64,000 nt of DNA, taken from Vicugna vicugna. Its lineage: Eukaryota. Of this stretch, positions 27,072 to 38,802 are shown piece by piece (the first letter of the stretch is position 1; every line of letters starts with the position of its first letter). The notes beneath the pieces are model-generated. The model was not told the origin of the DNA. It made no database searches and saw only the letters and a program-made list of their open reading frames with translations. The stretch is taken from assembly GCA_013265495.1 (NCBI GenBank), contig PNXW01005189.1, forward strand, positions 1 through 64,000. Reading direction: 5' to 3'. Made by a program: the position numbers and the translations under genes.

Positions 27072-27589
27072 CTCAAAGAGGAGAGACACAAATATTCACA
27101 TCCTCATTTCCTAGGCAGCAAATGTGTCTGAAGGTTTCTGAATACACTGCATTTTTTTTCCCAAAGACATTTTTAATAAGGTATGCGGGGGAAACTCAAG
27201 CATTCAGTCATGTCTAAGAAGAAAAAGAAAGGAAGACAGAAGTATAAATATTTGGATACAAAATCCCCTCCAAGTTCTTATTATCGCCTTATAACCCAGC
27301 TTTTGAAAAAGAGAACATTAGAGGATAAAGTATTATTTTCGGAATATATTACATTGTGGTTTTTGACTCATATCAGTTTTAGTCCTTTTAACCTTCAGCC
27401 TTTATGTACTCTGATTCATATGTTGTTCTTTCCTTCCTCATATCACAGTGCTTTTGTATCTTCTCTTTTCTCTGTGCCAACATGTGGGATGGGATGAGCA
27501 TAAATTAGATGTTCTGCAAAGTTATATTTACTTGGTGAGTGACGTAATCTCAGGTGTGGAATGAAGGTCTGTAAAATCATTCAGCACAA

Positions 27590-27668
27590 ATTTCTTCTGT
27601 ATGGCACATGGAACTATATTCAATACCTTGTAATAACCTTTAATGAAAAAGAATATGAAAAGGAATAT

Positions 27669-27705
<37 letters not shown>

Positions 27706-27784
27706 GCATGACTGGGGCATTGTGCTGTACACCAGAAATTGACACATTGTAACTGACTCAATTTCAATTAAAAAAATTTTTTTA
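27590..27784 (+). mobile_element. 5'-truncated young L1 3' end with internal (AT)n
   Basis: ggaactatattcaataccttgtaataacc...tgtgctgtacaccagaaattgacacattgtaactgact plus A-rich tail; 17-bp TSD aaaatc(a/g)ttcagcacaa at 27573-27589 and 27785-27801. Confidence 0.9.
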
Positions 27785-27967
27785 AAAATCGTTCAGCACA
27801 AGAAAGGAACTGAAGAATATACCTATTAAGCAGAGAGATAGCCTGTGAATGGCGAGGTTTTCCCCAATTCTTCTGCTTTCTTCTTATTTAGAATACAATT
27901 GCACAATTGTCTTGTCTTTCTTCCAGTTTTCCACTCATTAAAAAGGGAGGATTTCTGGTAATTTTTT

Positions 27968-28444
27968 AAGGCAGGCAAAATAATAGCTACCCAAAGATGT
28001 CCACATCCTAATGTTTAAATGCCCTGAAGATGCTGTTTGTGGAAAACAGAAATTAATGTTGCAGATGAAATTTGGGTCGCTAATCTGCTGATCTTAAAAT
28101 AGGGAGAATGTTCTGGATTATTTGGCTGGGCTCCATATCATGAAAAAGATTCTTTAAATATAGAAGAGGGGTAATATAGTGTAAAAAAGATTCAACTGGT
28201 CATTGTTGGCTTCAGTGTTCTAGGAATGAAGGAGTGCGGGCAGCCTCTGAGTGCTGGAAAAAGCAAATGAGTGATTTCTCCCTAGACCTTCCAGAAAGTA
28301 TGTGGCCCAGCTGAAACCTTCATTTTGGCCCTATGAGACCCATTTCAGACTTCTGGTCTCCAGAACTGCAGGATGATAAAGTTGTTTTGTTTTAAGCCAC
28401 TGAGTTTGTGGCAACATGCTACAGCCGCCGTCTGGAAATGACAC
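27968..28444 (+). mobile_element. MaLR LTR (MLT1D-like)
   Basis: ggcaaaataatagctacccaaagatgtccacatcctaat ... cagacttctggtctccagaactgc...tgttttaagccactgagtttgtgg. Confidence 0.85.
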
Positions 28445-28523
28445 GGTACGCGATCCACGTTCAGTAAATCACTGAATGACGGATGAACCAACCGGACTAA
28501 GTCGAGGCCTCTCACTCACTCAC

Positions 28524-28744
28524 ATTCCAAAATCTGAGAAGGAGCTGGGGGAACCAGAGTTCGTGGACTAGTTTCAAAAGATAAAAATTCGGAGTTGTAA
28601 AGGGCAATCCCAGTGCCCGTAGACATCCCTGGGATCCCAGTTTCCTGCCTTCGCTCACATCTGTGAGGAAGCGCAGGGCAGTGGAGAAGGAACACGTAGC
28701 TGCGCATGAGATGTCCCAGAGGATTTTCCGGCAGGACTCCAGTT
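28524..28744 (-). pseudogene. 221-nt exon relic
   Basis: Acceptor ctatcatttcAG, donor gaat|GTGAGT; two stop-free frames, one reading ELESCRKILWDISCAATC...GLPFTTPNF. Confidence 0.4.
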
Positions 28745-28769
28745 CTGAAATGATAGTTATGCCGACACA

Positions 28770-28970
28770 GCGCTTGCTCTGTGCTTGCTGTGTGTGTTGT
28801 TCTAAGCAATTTACGTCTATCAGCTGGCTTGGCTGTCACAATTCTATGAGGATGCTGCTTTCATTATCTCCATTTCATGAATGGGTAGTGTAAATAGACA
28901 CAGAGAGGTCAAGCAGCTTGTTCAAGGTCACACAGCGAGGGAGGAGCAGAGTCAGAACTCAAACTCTTAA
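28770..28970 (-). mobile_element. MIR SINE
   Basis: tcacaattctatgagg...cattatctccatttcatg...acagagaggtcaagcagcttgttcaaggtcacacagc. Confidence 0.8.
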
Positions 28971-29399
28971 ATGTATATATTAAACAATATGCTTCACCTA
29001 AACATAACTCTCCCACTTCTCAGTGCCACTTTTAATAGATAGCCCTTGATCTGAGCATTCATTAATATGTTTTATGGGCCCAGGTGAAGGTTGAGGCTAA
29101 AGGTATTCGAGAGTAAGGAACCAGCGTAAGAATGAGGGTCAAGTAAAGGTCCGAGAAGTGCTTTGCTCTGGCCTCAGGCACCTGAAAATTGTAGTGAAAA
29201 ATGAAACTAGGGTACGTGGGGTTGGGTTTCCAAAGGTTTTCAATTCTAGCATAAGAGTTTAAATTCTATCCAGCCATCAGTAGAAATATTAGCTGTTAAA
29301 TCGTTATAATTGGTTTGTTTTGTTTATTTATTTATTTATTTTGGTTTTGGTTTGGTTTGGTTTGCTTTCCTTTTTTTTTTTTTTTTTTTTATTTTATGG

Positions 29400-29790
29400 T
29401 GTGTGAGGGCCAGGTAATGTATCTTGGCTCATGTCAAAGGTGATGACAGTGGACAGCGAGGGATCGTGTTCAGTGGCGAGACCACTGTAGCCTCACGACT
29501 GAAGAGCAGTGGTGATCTGAAGAAAGGGACGTGATCCCTGGCATGGGACAGAGAGGTTCAGAAGCCAGACAACTCGGGAGGTGAAACTGACTTGCAAGTC
29601 CCTTGAAGGGTGAGAGAAACAAGGCTGGGTGGCTTGGAGCATTTGAGACTGGATGACAAGGAAACGGACGAACTTGAGAAGAGGGAAAGTTCCGAGAAAT
29701 AGACCAGTTTGTATTTGAGAACAAATGGTAATGAATTTGGTTTGGGGAAAGAGCTGTGACACTGAAGGAATTCTATACATCTGAAGTATT
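29400..29790 (-). mobile_element. L2 fragment
   Basis: Purine-rich L2-like phrases (ggtgaaactgacttgcaag..., gaatttggtttggggaaagagctgtgacactg). Confidence 0.4.
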
Positions 29791-30180
29791 TAGCCCCATG
29801 AACAATAAGTGCTTGGTTTGTGATTGGCTTTTAGATGTTTTGCAGACTCCTTCAATAAAGCCCTCACTCTGAAGCTGCTAGTCTAAATTTCATTGACTGT
29901 AACGATATTTATATCAAAAACTCCAGGGTCTCACTTTGATGCTTAGATGCTCCATCAGTTCTTCCTAAATCCTTCAGGTTTAGTTTGATGACTGCTTCAC
30001 CCACAGAGGTGAGATCCTCCTGATACACAGAGACATTTTGGAAACTAGTAACATCTCTATTGTGCAACCAGATGTAACCACATACCATGCACCGGGGCTA
30101 GAATTCTCCACCACCCTTAGAAATCCTTAGGATTCCAGAAAAATCCATGTGTCAATTGTGTGACAGACCATACTTTTTAC

Positions 30181-30795
30181 CTGCCTTGCTACAGACGCAT
30201 CAGCACCAAGAGGCTGTTGGAATATTGCTTTTCTACTACCTTGATTTAAGGCACAGGATTCAGTGCTTTTCTCTGGGGAGGCAGATGCTTCAAACATAGA
30301 AATAGGGTCTACGTTCTCCAGCCCAGCCTCTGCATGGCCCTGATGCAACTTCCTTCTTCCTTGCTTATTTCAAACTCCTAAGCCATGAGTGTCTGTAATG
30401 TTGCCTGGCAATCTTCCTCCAATTGACGGCCCCATTTCTATGTCGTTTAAAAATTCATCATACTTGAAAGTTATAATGGATGTGCAAATTCTCATTTTTG
30501 TTAGAATCCATCATAATACCTCACAATCCATTGCAACAATTACATTCAATCATTATAGGAAAGCTCTCACAAAGTTTATTACAATAATGTTAAATACAGC
30601 TTCTCCATTGGTCTTTAACCAAAGTAATTTTTTATGCGGGAGTATAGTTTTATGAAGCTTGTCAAATGCCAATGTTCTCTTTTAGATCAAGGAAACTTCC
30701 GAATGAGTGTTTGGTTATTTGAGTCTTTCTTGATCCCACCTGCTCCACCTCCCATTGAATCATTTTCCCCCTCTTTTCTTCCTCCACTAAGCCTT
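30181..30795 (-). pseudogene. Large exon relic: EGF-like Cys cluster plus stalk
   Basis: Donor gcag|GTAAAA; the last ~94 codons carry a single stop (YDEFLNDIEMGPSIGG...GADASVARQ); an upstream frame reads HYCNKLCESFPIMIECNCCNG. The 5' boundary is uncertain. Confidence 0.45.
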
Positions 30796-30879
30796 CTATA
30801 TATTTTTATTCTTGTGTCTATAAGATCTTAGATTTTTATTTTTACATGTCTTTAATCCTCCCGCTGAATGATAAGATCT

Positions 30880-31100
30880 CGGAGGGCGGTGTGGTTTGGT
30901 CCATGAATGTCAGAGTCAGAAAAAACTGGTTCTGTATCCAGGTTCCATGAGATCTCTGCAAGATGTGACCCCCATCTCTCTCATCTTCACTTTCCTCATC
31001 TGAAATATAGAACTGATCACAGCATCTTATTTCTTACGTACCGCAAACTGGTGTTACGAAAATCAAATGAGAACGCTTTGTAAATCAAAGGTGCCTAGTG
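30880..31100 (+). mobile_element. MIR SINE
   Basis: cagagtcagaaaaaactggttc...cactttcctcatctgaaatatagaactgat. Confidence 0.65.
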
Positions 31101-31425
31101 TTATAGATCTGATTTTCTCCTGCCAGCCTATTTCCCTTCTCCAGGCTGGACTTCTTGGGCCATCTCACCCCATTGTTGTTCAGCATGAACAAGATAAGTG
31201 TTCCTGTTATGCAATAAAAGAGTAACAAAAACACAGATTTGCATTTTCAGACACACACACACAACATACACAGAAAACAACTCCTGCCTGTAATGTCCTC
31301 CTAGAACAGAGAGGACAGTGCTATAAATAGCTTCCATGTGCAAGAACAGTGATGCATGCCACTGCCAGGCCCCTCCCGAAGTCCCCTGGGAAATTAGACC
31401 TTATCAGTGTCAAGCATCAACTCAC

Positions 31426-31622
31426 AGTCACTACCACCAACGGCCGACGTTGCTAGAGTGACACGCTCCACTGCTGAGGCCAAACTCCATCACAGAGAAA
31501 TGAAGACGGACAATTATCCTGAGATTTAAATCTGTGGAGACAGCCACCTTAGCTCATTCAGGACCAAAATTTCCCATCGTTTGAGCTCCCGAGCGACTGT
31601 CCCCAATTACAGCCTTGCTGCT
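31426..31622 (-). pseudogene. CUB-like exon relic
   Basis: Acceptor ctatacAG, donor act|GTGAGT; frames give QGCNWGQSLGSSNDGKFWS and RIIVRLHFSVMEFGLSSGACHSS, loosely matching the CUB pattern. Confidence 0.35.
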
Positions 31623-31841
31623 CTGTATAGTTTACGTTAATTTTTAAGGGGTAAACTGGGTCTGAACTTGTAGTTTAAAGATGGAGAAGGGCCACCACCA
31701 AATTACACTCAGAGAGTCTTGACAGCTTCAGGCAACTCGAGAAGCTGGGAGCTGTCGTCCCCCTGTGCCCCCAAAATGGCACATGTATCTCATGAAGATG
31801 TCCTAGCAGGTAGCATTTGAAAATACATAAATAAGTCTCAC

Positions 31842-31986
31842 TGTAGGACACTGTCAGGTAGCAAGTGTCAAGTGGCTTCAGCAACAAAAGACGTCGGCCT
31901 CTTGGGGATGTGTTCACCCTGCATCCTGCTCCCGTCTGCAAGGAGGAGGGGATGAACTGGATGATGAAAGCTGAGGCTGTCACTAC
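31842..31986 (-). pseudogene. Exon relic, CTLD-4 C-terminal part
   Basis: Acceptor cactttcccacAG (alternative ccttgcAG at 31935), donor taca|GTGAGA; GAGCRVNTSP / KRPTSFVAE resembles W-x4-C-x5-F-x-C-E. Confidence 0.4.
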
Positions 31987-32779
31987 CTGTGGGAAAGTGA
32001 TGGGTAAACATCAAACTTCAATTCAGATGAACATCTAAACATCCGAATACAAATTTCACCGCTGGGATCGGTTGATTGAGAGGGGTCCAAAGAAGAGGAA
32101 ATAACAGGAACACAGTCACCACATATGCATCTCACTGGGCACCATGACTCTCAGGGTAGTGAATTTTGATAATGGGCAAAGAGAAAAAAATAAGTAGGTG
32201 CTGAGTTCTACACATGATAGACCTTCAATAAATGTTAACAAGAGGAAAGATGCTTCTAAACAGTCCCTTACGAATTCTGGCCAAAGGTTAGTGGTTCCAC
32301 TGGCAAATAATAATACCAGTGAGATGAGTATGCTTAGAAACAAAGGAAGGGCATTCAAATTTAAGCTAAATGTATATGCCAACATCATGTTTAATATTCA
32401 GGGTAAATCAGAGTAGACTGTGAAGGCACTGCCATGGGAGCAAGACTTCTTTCTTATCAATAAGGCAAGCATTCTACCCAGAGTCATTTTCACTCCATTT
32501 CTTGAAATCTTTTTCTTGTATTCAGCGATCTGGTTGATTCACATTCAAATTTTACAAATTAAAATTTTGAGGAAAATGGCCACAAGTAAATTGGATTTGA
32601 ATTTTCATACCAGTCTAATTGATGAAATCATTTAGAGATTTTTCTTTTTCACTCTTAAATCGTGACTTCAAAATAGTTTCTTGCCTCTATTCAATGCCAG
32701 ATTGGCTGCCAGAGGCAGCAAATTACACCATCACAGCTACAGAAATAAACATGTTTGGAGTGTTTTTCTATTTCAGGCC

Positions 32780-32965
32780 CGATGTCCCACATTTTAAACA
32801 AATTACATCATCCTTACATTGACTGTACAAAATTGGTGTTATTATTTCCATTTTAGAGGTAAGTGAACTGAGGCTTAGAGTGTTTAAGTCATATAACCAA
32901 GCTTATACAGCTAGTAATGGATAGGGCAAGAATTTGAACTCCAGGAGTCTAGGACCAGAGTCTCC
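32780..32965 (-). mobile_element. MIR SINE
   Basis: attatttccattttagaggtaagtgaactgaggcttagagtgtttaagtc...gggcaagaatttgaactccagg. Confidence 0.8.
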
Positions 32966-33102
32966 ACGTTGGAGACATTTATTATGTCACCTTCCTCTTA
33001 TTTAGCATATGTGATTGAACCTGGTCGGATTTCATGCCAAGTTCTTACATTCCAACAGGACACACAGTAACTGGCCATGCAGTATTATAATGGACATCAT
33101 AC

Positions 33103-33179
33103 CTCCCTTCAGATCAGAGATAACCCGCCAAAACTGTTGATCAAACTGGCTCAAAAGCAAACAATTTATCAGAGACAAC
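33103..33179 (-). pseudogene. 77-nt exon relic, CTLD-4 'WIGL' region
   Basis: Acceptor gttctccAG, donor ggag|GTATGA; open frame LSLINCLLLSQFDQQFWRVISDLKG resembles FWIGLSD. Confidence 0.5.
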
Positions 33180-33467
33180 CTGGAGAACTTTAGTTATGAA
33201 AACTACTGTGGTAAAAATTACAAGCTATGTCACTGCATTTTTTTTTCATTTTCTTAATTTGGAATGGGAGAACAAAATGCTTTTCACTGAAGAGTTATAG
33301 CCATACGAAGAAAGGGCAATCCTTGACCATGTCAGTTAAGGACACATTTATGCTATGCATTTCTTGATTTTCCCAAGGCAGGTCTAATTGTTAACAGTGT
33401 GTCTGTTTGCCCCTATTTTTGTCAGACTGTGCATCCCTAAGTTTTATTTGGAAAATAGAATCACTCT

Positions 33468-33705
33468 ATTTTTTTTAACTTTCACACATTTATTTTATTT
33501 TTTTAACATTTTTATTGATTTATAATCATTTTACAATGTTGTGTCAACTTCCAGTGTAGAGCACAATTTTTCAGTTATACATGAACATACATATATTCAT
33601 TGTCACATTTTTTTTCACTGTGAGCTACCACAAGATCTTGTATATATTGCCCTGTGCGATACAGTATAATCTTGTTTATCTATTCTGCAATTTTGAAATC
33701 CCAGT
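33468..33705 (-). mobile_element. 5'-truncated young L1 3' end
   Basis: T-tail followed by ttttattgatttataatcattttacaatgttgtgtc...ccctgtgcgatacagtataatcttgtttatctattc. Confidence 0.85.
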
Positions 33706-34109
33706 CTATTTTAAGAGTACTGCTATTCCTTATTTAAAAAGTTAAATATGGCTGTGTTTATACATATAGATATTGAACTATATATATATATGTATATATA
33801 TATATATACACATATGCATATTGAAGACAGACATGGCTTCACTTTAAACTGCACACAGTCAATTTTAGTGTTCTACTGATTTCTGTCATAAAACTAAGCA
33901 TGCATTTTTGAGAAAGCAAACAAAACACAACTTAACCCTAACAGATAATATAATTATACATAATGCAGCAAATCCTTTAAAAGCATACATACAAGATTGA
34001 AAAAAATTCAATGTTATAACAAAATGCTAATGATATTAGAAATATGTTTTATATTATAAATGTAAATTAGTTGATATTCTTTTTTTTTTTAATGTTTGGG
34101 GGAATATAC

Positions 34110-34270
34110 TGAACATTCACAGGGAAAAGGGGATGACAGCCTGAGAGAAAACACACTGGAGTGTAAGTTTCTTCTGCTCTCAAAGCTCTTTGGTCCCAAC
34201 CTTCCCCAACAAGGTGACATATGACTGAGCTTCCTCCAGTCCTCTGGCCGCACTTCATGGAAGTTGCTGC
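34110..34270 (-). pseudogene. Exon relic, CTLD-4 N-terminal part
   Basis: Strong acceptor tctattccatctcttacAG; frames combine to SNFHEVRPEDW / EEAQSY / CHLV / GRLG, the W-x2-A-x3-C-x3-GG-x-L pattern. Donor uncertain. Confidence 0.5.
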
Positions 34271-34596
34271 CTGTAAGAGATGGAATAGATTTATCTGAGC
34301 TAATAGGAAGAGGGTCTCTCTCTCCTCTCCCTCCCTCCCTCCATACACAGGCATATTGACGTATCCACATACCGTAAAGGTTAAAAAAAAATTCAAATGA
34401 ACACTTCTTTGTTCTGCTATAAAAACTGTGTGTGTTCACAGTATATAATCTGAAAATACAGAAAACAATGGAAAAAAAAGCATCAAACATACCCCAATTT
34501 GTACCACTTCTCCATCTCTCTCTATATACTTGCATAGAAATACTTACATTTTTACACAATGATCATTTTTCCATACATATGTTTTAAAATATTCTT

Positions 34597-34759
34597 AAAC
34601 GTTTTATTAATTTTTTTTAAGTTTTTGTTTTGGAGGTAATTAGGTTTATTTGTTTACCTATTTATTTGTTTATTTATCTTAATGGAGGGACTGGGGATTG
34701 AACCCAGGACCTTGTGCATGCTAAGCACACGCTCTACCACTGAGCTGTATCCTCCTCCC
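34597..34759 (-). mobile_element. Camelid tRNA-derived SINE (Vic-1 type)
   Basis: tggagggactggggattgaacccaggaccttgtgcatgctaagcacacgctctaccactgagctgtatcctcc; diverged TSD tgttttaaaatatt/tgtttttaaatatt. Confidence 0.9.
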
Positions 34760-35844
34760 TGTTTTTAAATATTTTTCTTTTGTATTTAATAGAATTTTGA
34801 ATGTCTAAGATGGAATAAAGAGATTGACTGCTTGATTTTTTTGTAGGAGGTGTGACTGGTTCCAGGCAAAGAGTTAAGGACACATGGAGGAAATCTCAGT
34901 AAAACATGCCACTGTTTCGTGGAAGAGATGCTGTCAAGGACAGAACAGTTAAGAAAGAGAGTTAGGAGCCCTGAATCTCACGGGCTAGGAGACCATTTGC
35001 TGAAAGAAACAAAGCTTTTCTGTGTCCCAACGAGCTGTAACTAAAGTTAAAGAATGTCCAAATTCTCAGGAAAAAAAAAAAAGTGAGATAAAAACAAAAA
35101 ACCCTACCCAACTATATATATTTGGATATTAATAGAATTGTAATGCAATAATGAAGTTAGTGAAATTTCACTTAGGAGTCTCCTCTATTGTGTGATTAGA
35201 TTTATATACGTAAGTCAGTATCTCCTTGATGATATAACTATGTCAACTCAAATGTCTTATTCCCATTTTGTAAGAAAATGCTGGATTTATTAATACATCT
35301 GTTTATGCTCCTTTCAGTTCCCAAACAAAAATCAGCATGTTACTTGCGGCAATAGTTGGTTGCCCAAGAATTTCAAAATAAGGCAGGTAAAATTGGCCTC
35401 CAAGTCCTAAACTATGGAATAAACACAGAATACACAATCAAAAACTATGCACAGACATATAAAAGACAGAGCTAGTATGACAGAATCATAGGCTGACTGA
35501 AGACTAATTTATACTGGAAAAAAAAATAGGAATAAGAAATGGTTAGCAATAGGACCGTAGGTAAAGGAGGGGGGAGCTAGAAATATTCATTTAAATTCGC
35601 CCCTGGGGTGGAGGTACCCTCCTTCAGTGGTGTGACCTACTCTTCCTCATGTCAGGAGTATTGACATTTTCTGTTCTCCTGTTCACTAATTAAATTTCTG
35701 ATTATAATTTGACTTCCCATGCAGTACTGCTGTAATCAGAGATGGAGGTGCTCAGAGAACATATTCACACAGCCTGTGTGGCAATTATTTCACTGTCAAT
35801 TATGATATTGACAGATTAGAGGGCTCAAACATGCACGCTTGTAC

Positions 35845-36080
35845 CTGTTCAACCCTGGGACGCTGTGTGGGCAAGGCTTCTTCCTTTCAGTGCGAAGGGC
35901 CGTATCTTACACAATGCTGACTGCATTCGCTACAGGTATCTTGTCTACAAATACATATGTGAGTCATGACAACTCCTGGCCACTCAAGAACTGGCATCTC
36001 TCTGGCAAAACCACATCCTTCCCACATCCCTCCGTCTGCAAGTCCACACAGACAGGCTTCAATGCTACTGGGTTCAGTGA
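35845..36080 (-). pseudogene. Exon relic, CTLD-3 C-terminal part plus Cys-rich segment
   Basis: Acceptor ttttatcatcccAG, donor acag|GTACAA; KPVCVDLQTEG / MWE / AREMPVLEW, then CICRQDTCSECSQHCV. Confidence 0.5.
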
Positions 36081-36137
36081 CTGGGATGATAAAAGTGGAT
36101 GCAGCTAAGCCTGGAATCTCAAAGGGCACGAGTTACA

Positions 36138-36254
36138 TGTAAGAAATTAACTAAAGTCTAAGAAAATAAACAATCCAAGATAACAAGTGTAAGAAATTAA
36201 CTAAAGTCTAAGAAATTAACTAAAGTCTAAGAAAATAAACAATCCAAGATAACA
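36138..36254. repeat. Nested tandem duplication (50-bp period with an internal 19-bp duplication)
   Basis: tgtaagaaattaactaaagtctaagaaaataaacaatccaagataaca occurs twice; the second copy has taagaaattaactaaagtc doubled. Confidence 0.9.
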
Positions 36255-36289
36255 TAACATGCAACAAGGCTGAGAGGATTAATGGTCAC

Positions 36290-36496
36290 TTATATCGCAC
36301 CAGAGGCGAATAAAGAACATGAAAAGAAATTCTTCTGTTTGAGAGCAAGGGAAGGAAATGTGTAATGTACCCACATGTCTGCAATTTAGGGCAAAAACTA
36401 ATGATCATTTTGGGCAGAAAGGACACTTGTGATGACAGTGTCCTTAGGCAAAAGGTTCCATGATAGCCTTGATTTTCAAAGACCTTTTTGAACCTT
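36290..36496 (-). pseudogene. Exon relic, CTLD-3 N-terminal part
   Basis: Frames combine to FKKVFE / SRLSWN / A*GHCHHK, the L-S-W-x2-A-x3-C pattern; splice sites weak. Confidence 0.35.
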
Positions 36497-36985
36497 CTAA
36501 TTAGATGATGCTTCATTATGTCGAACATGCCTTTTTCTATAATTTAATTGAGTAGAGTATGTGGATCCTAATTCATTAATAGCATTCCTCTGGCAATTTC
36601 ATATCCTATTATTATTCAAAATGCAATTTTTAAACCAGCAAAATTCTTAGATAATTTACCAACATCCATTTCTCTAGAAAACCTATTTCCACATAAAGAT
36701 CTTTGTCGTCCTCTATACCATAAGGCTCTGCTAACCTCAAACGTTATCATTTAACAAGTATTTATTTAACATCTGCTATGCGTATAGGCAGGGTCACCCT
36801 GATTTACAATTCCTGGGCCACCATCAGCACCTCAGAACAGCAACTTAGCGTAAAAGCTTCAAGACCACATGTGGCAGCCAAGACCTATACTCTGCAGAAA
36901 GCTCTGGGTGGACGAGGATCTGTGAGGGCTGATGCCTGCCCGAGACATCTCGAAGTAGCTCTCAAATTTCCACAATGGGTTATTT

Positions 36986-37480
36986 TATTGGATTGAATGT
37001 TTGTGTCCTTCCAAAGTTCATAAGTTGAAATCCTGATTCCCTGATGTGATGGCCTTGGAAGCTGGAACCTTTGAGAGGTAATTAGATCATGGTGGTTCCG
37101 ATATACCCAGACCTGTCTGATGAACCAGAGGGTGCTATAGGAAACTGGATTGGAGTAAAGGACAACAAAGATTCTGTATACAAGTATGCGTGAGGGGAAA
37201 ACTGGCTGAGACTTAGTGGCAGCTGCATGCCCAGGAAACAGTGGGGCAGGGGGACAGTCCTAGGAATCCTTACAGGAGGCAGGGACAGGTGGCAATATTT
37301 TTGGAAGGAGAGGCTAAGCTGTCACTTTTGAGCAACTGGGATTGCATATCAAGGATGATGCTTTTACTGGGAATAAATGTTTATCAGGTATGCTTTGGCA
37401 ACATGGAGATTGAGCATTTGGCTAGGATACACCCCCATCTCTTAACTCTGGCTTTGGTATCAGCAGGAAAAGAATGACAT
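36986..37480 (+). mobile_element. MLT1A/B-like LTR 5' fragment followed by MaLR-internal-like sequence
   Basis: tggattgaatgtttgtgtccttccaaagttcataagttgaaatcctgattccctgatgtgatgg...gaggtaattagatcatg. Confidence 0.6.
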
Positions 37481-38802
37481 TGTCTTAGGATGGGACTGAC
37501 CCGGCCGAAAGGCTACACATAGTCTCTGAGGCCTGGAGTACCACTGAGTCACACGTTTGCACCAAGCTCGGGCCTGTTAATTCTCAGGTGCGTCTCTCTG
37601 CATCTTCTGTCTCCTCTTATCCAGAGTGGAGACTTCAGCAAACTTGACTTCCCAGACCCTCCTGGCAACCGAATTCCAGCTGGGTTTGGCCCACGGGGGG
37701 CAAATGTGCAAGGTGGGAAGACAGAGGACCGAGCACCATGTGCATTTCTCTCCCCGTTTCTTTGCCTTGACTGGCACCTGTGGAACTGGCCGCAGCATCT
37801 CTTGCATCCGTCTCCCTCCCCCTGGGTGGGCTCTGATGTTTCAGTAATGATACTTTTTCCCTTCCTGGCTCCAGCCTGTGGGCAGTAGCTTTTTTTTCCT
37901 GATGTAACTGATCTCTGGGTTGCTTTACCATTTCCACTTGGCTTCTCAGATTCACTCTTACTTGCATAATAAATTCCCTGAATTCAATTCTCTCTTTTGC
38001 AAGTACCCAGGGATTTCTGTTCCCTTGGTTAGATTTTACCTTGATGCTCCTTGAGACTGAACTTTTTTGCTAGAAGCAAGCAGGGTCTCAGTACCCTAAG
38101 ACTAGAGGTGCTACTACATACTCGACAACTTGAATGGCAGGTGACATCTGGGCCACCCTGGTTGAAGCACTGTTTAATTCAGAGCAAGGAAGATTTATAA
38201 TTCCCGTAAGTAGAATGATATCGCTTTTTTAATATGCTGAGAACTTGGGCATATTACCAGACCAGGACCCTCCACGTTATTATTTTTGTAGTTTTTGTTT
38301 TGCTTGTTTTGTTTGTAGCTCCCAGTGTTGCTGGGTTTTGAGGTTTTGAAAAGTGATGGCAATCTTGAGAGATGCGGAAAACTTAGAAAAATTCCATTTC
38401 AGGATCCCCAATTTTTGCTTATGATGGTGATGAAAACAACATATGTCTTAGCTGACTGGTCCTCTTTTTCATGAAAATGTGGAATTTGATATAATCTGCA
38501 ATAAGATTATAAAATAATAACATGTTCTTAGAGACTAAGAGCTACTGTATGTACAAAACTGCAAGGTGTCCTGTTATGGTGGAGGCACCTCTGATGGTAA
38601 ACAGACTTAACGCTTTTCTCTAAAACTTACATAGATTTAATTGAAACCATTATTAGGACAGAAACTGACATGTTCTGTATATTCTGAGACTACCCATCTC
38701 AGTGTAACTGGAAACCGAAATTTGTTTGTCTGTTTTCTCATTTCCTTGAGTGTTTTTAAAACATCAAAAACATTTTTCAAGAGCTTCAACATTGGTAATT
38801 GC

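Noticed and set aside
34067..34559. Minus-strand ORFs of 109 and 156 aa as an intact gene
   Set aside because: They run through intronic low-complexity sequence; only the part after the 34270 acceptor shows lectin motifs, and only across frameshifts.
36138..36254. CRISPR-like or other prokaryotic repeat array
   Set aside because: A simple tandem duplication without unique spacers, in clearly mammalian DNA.
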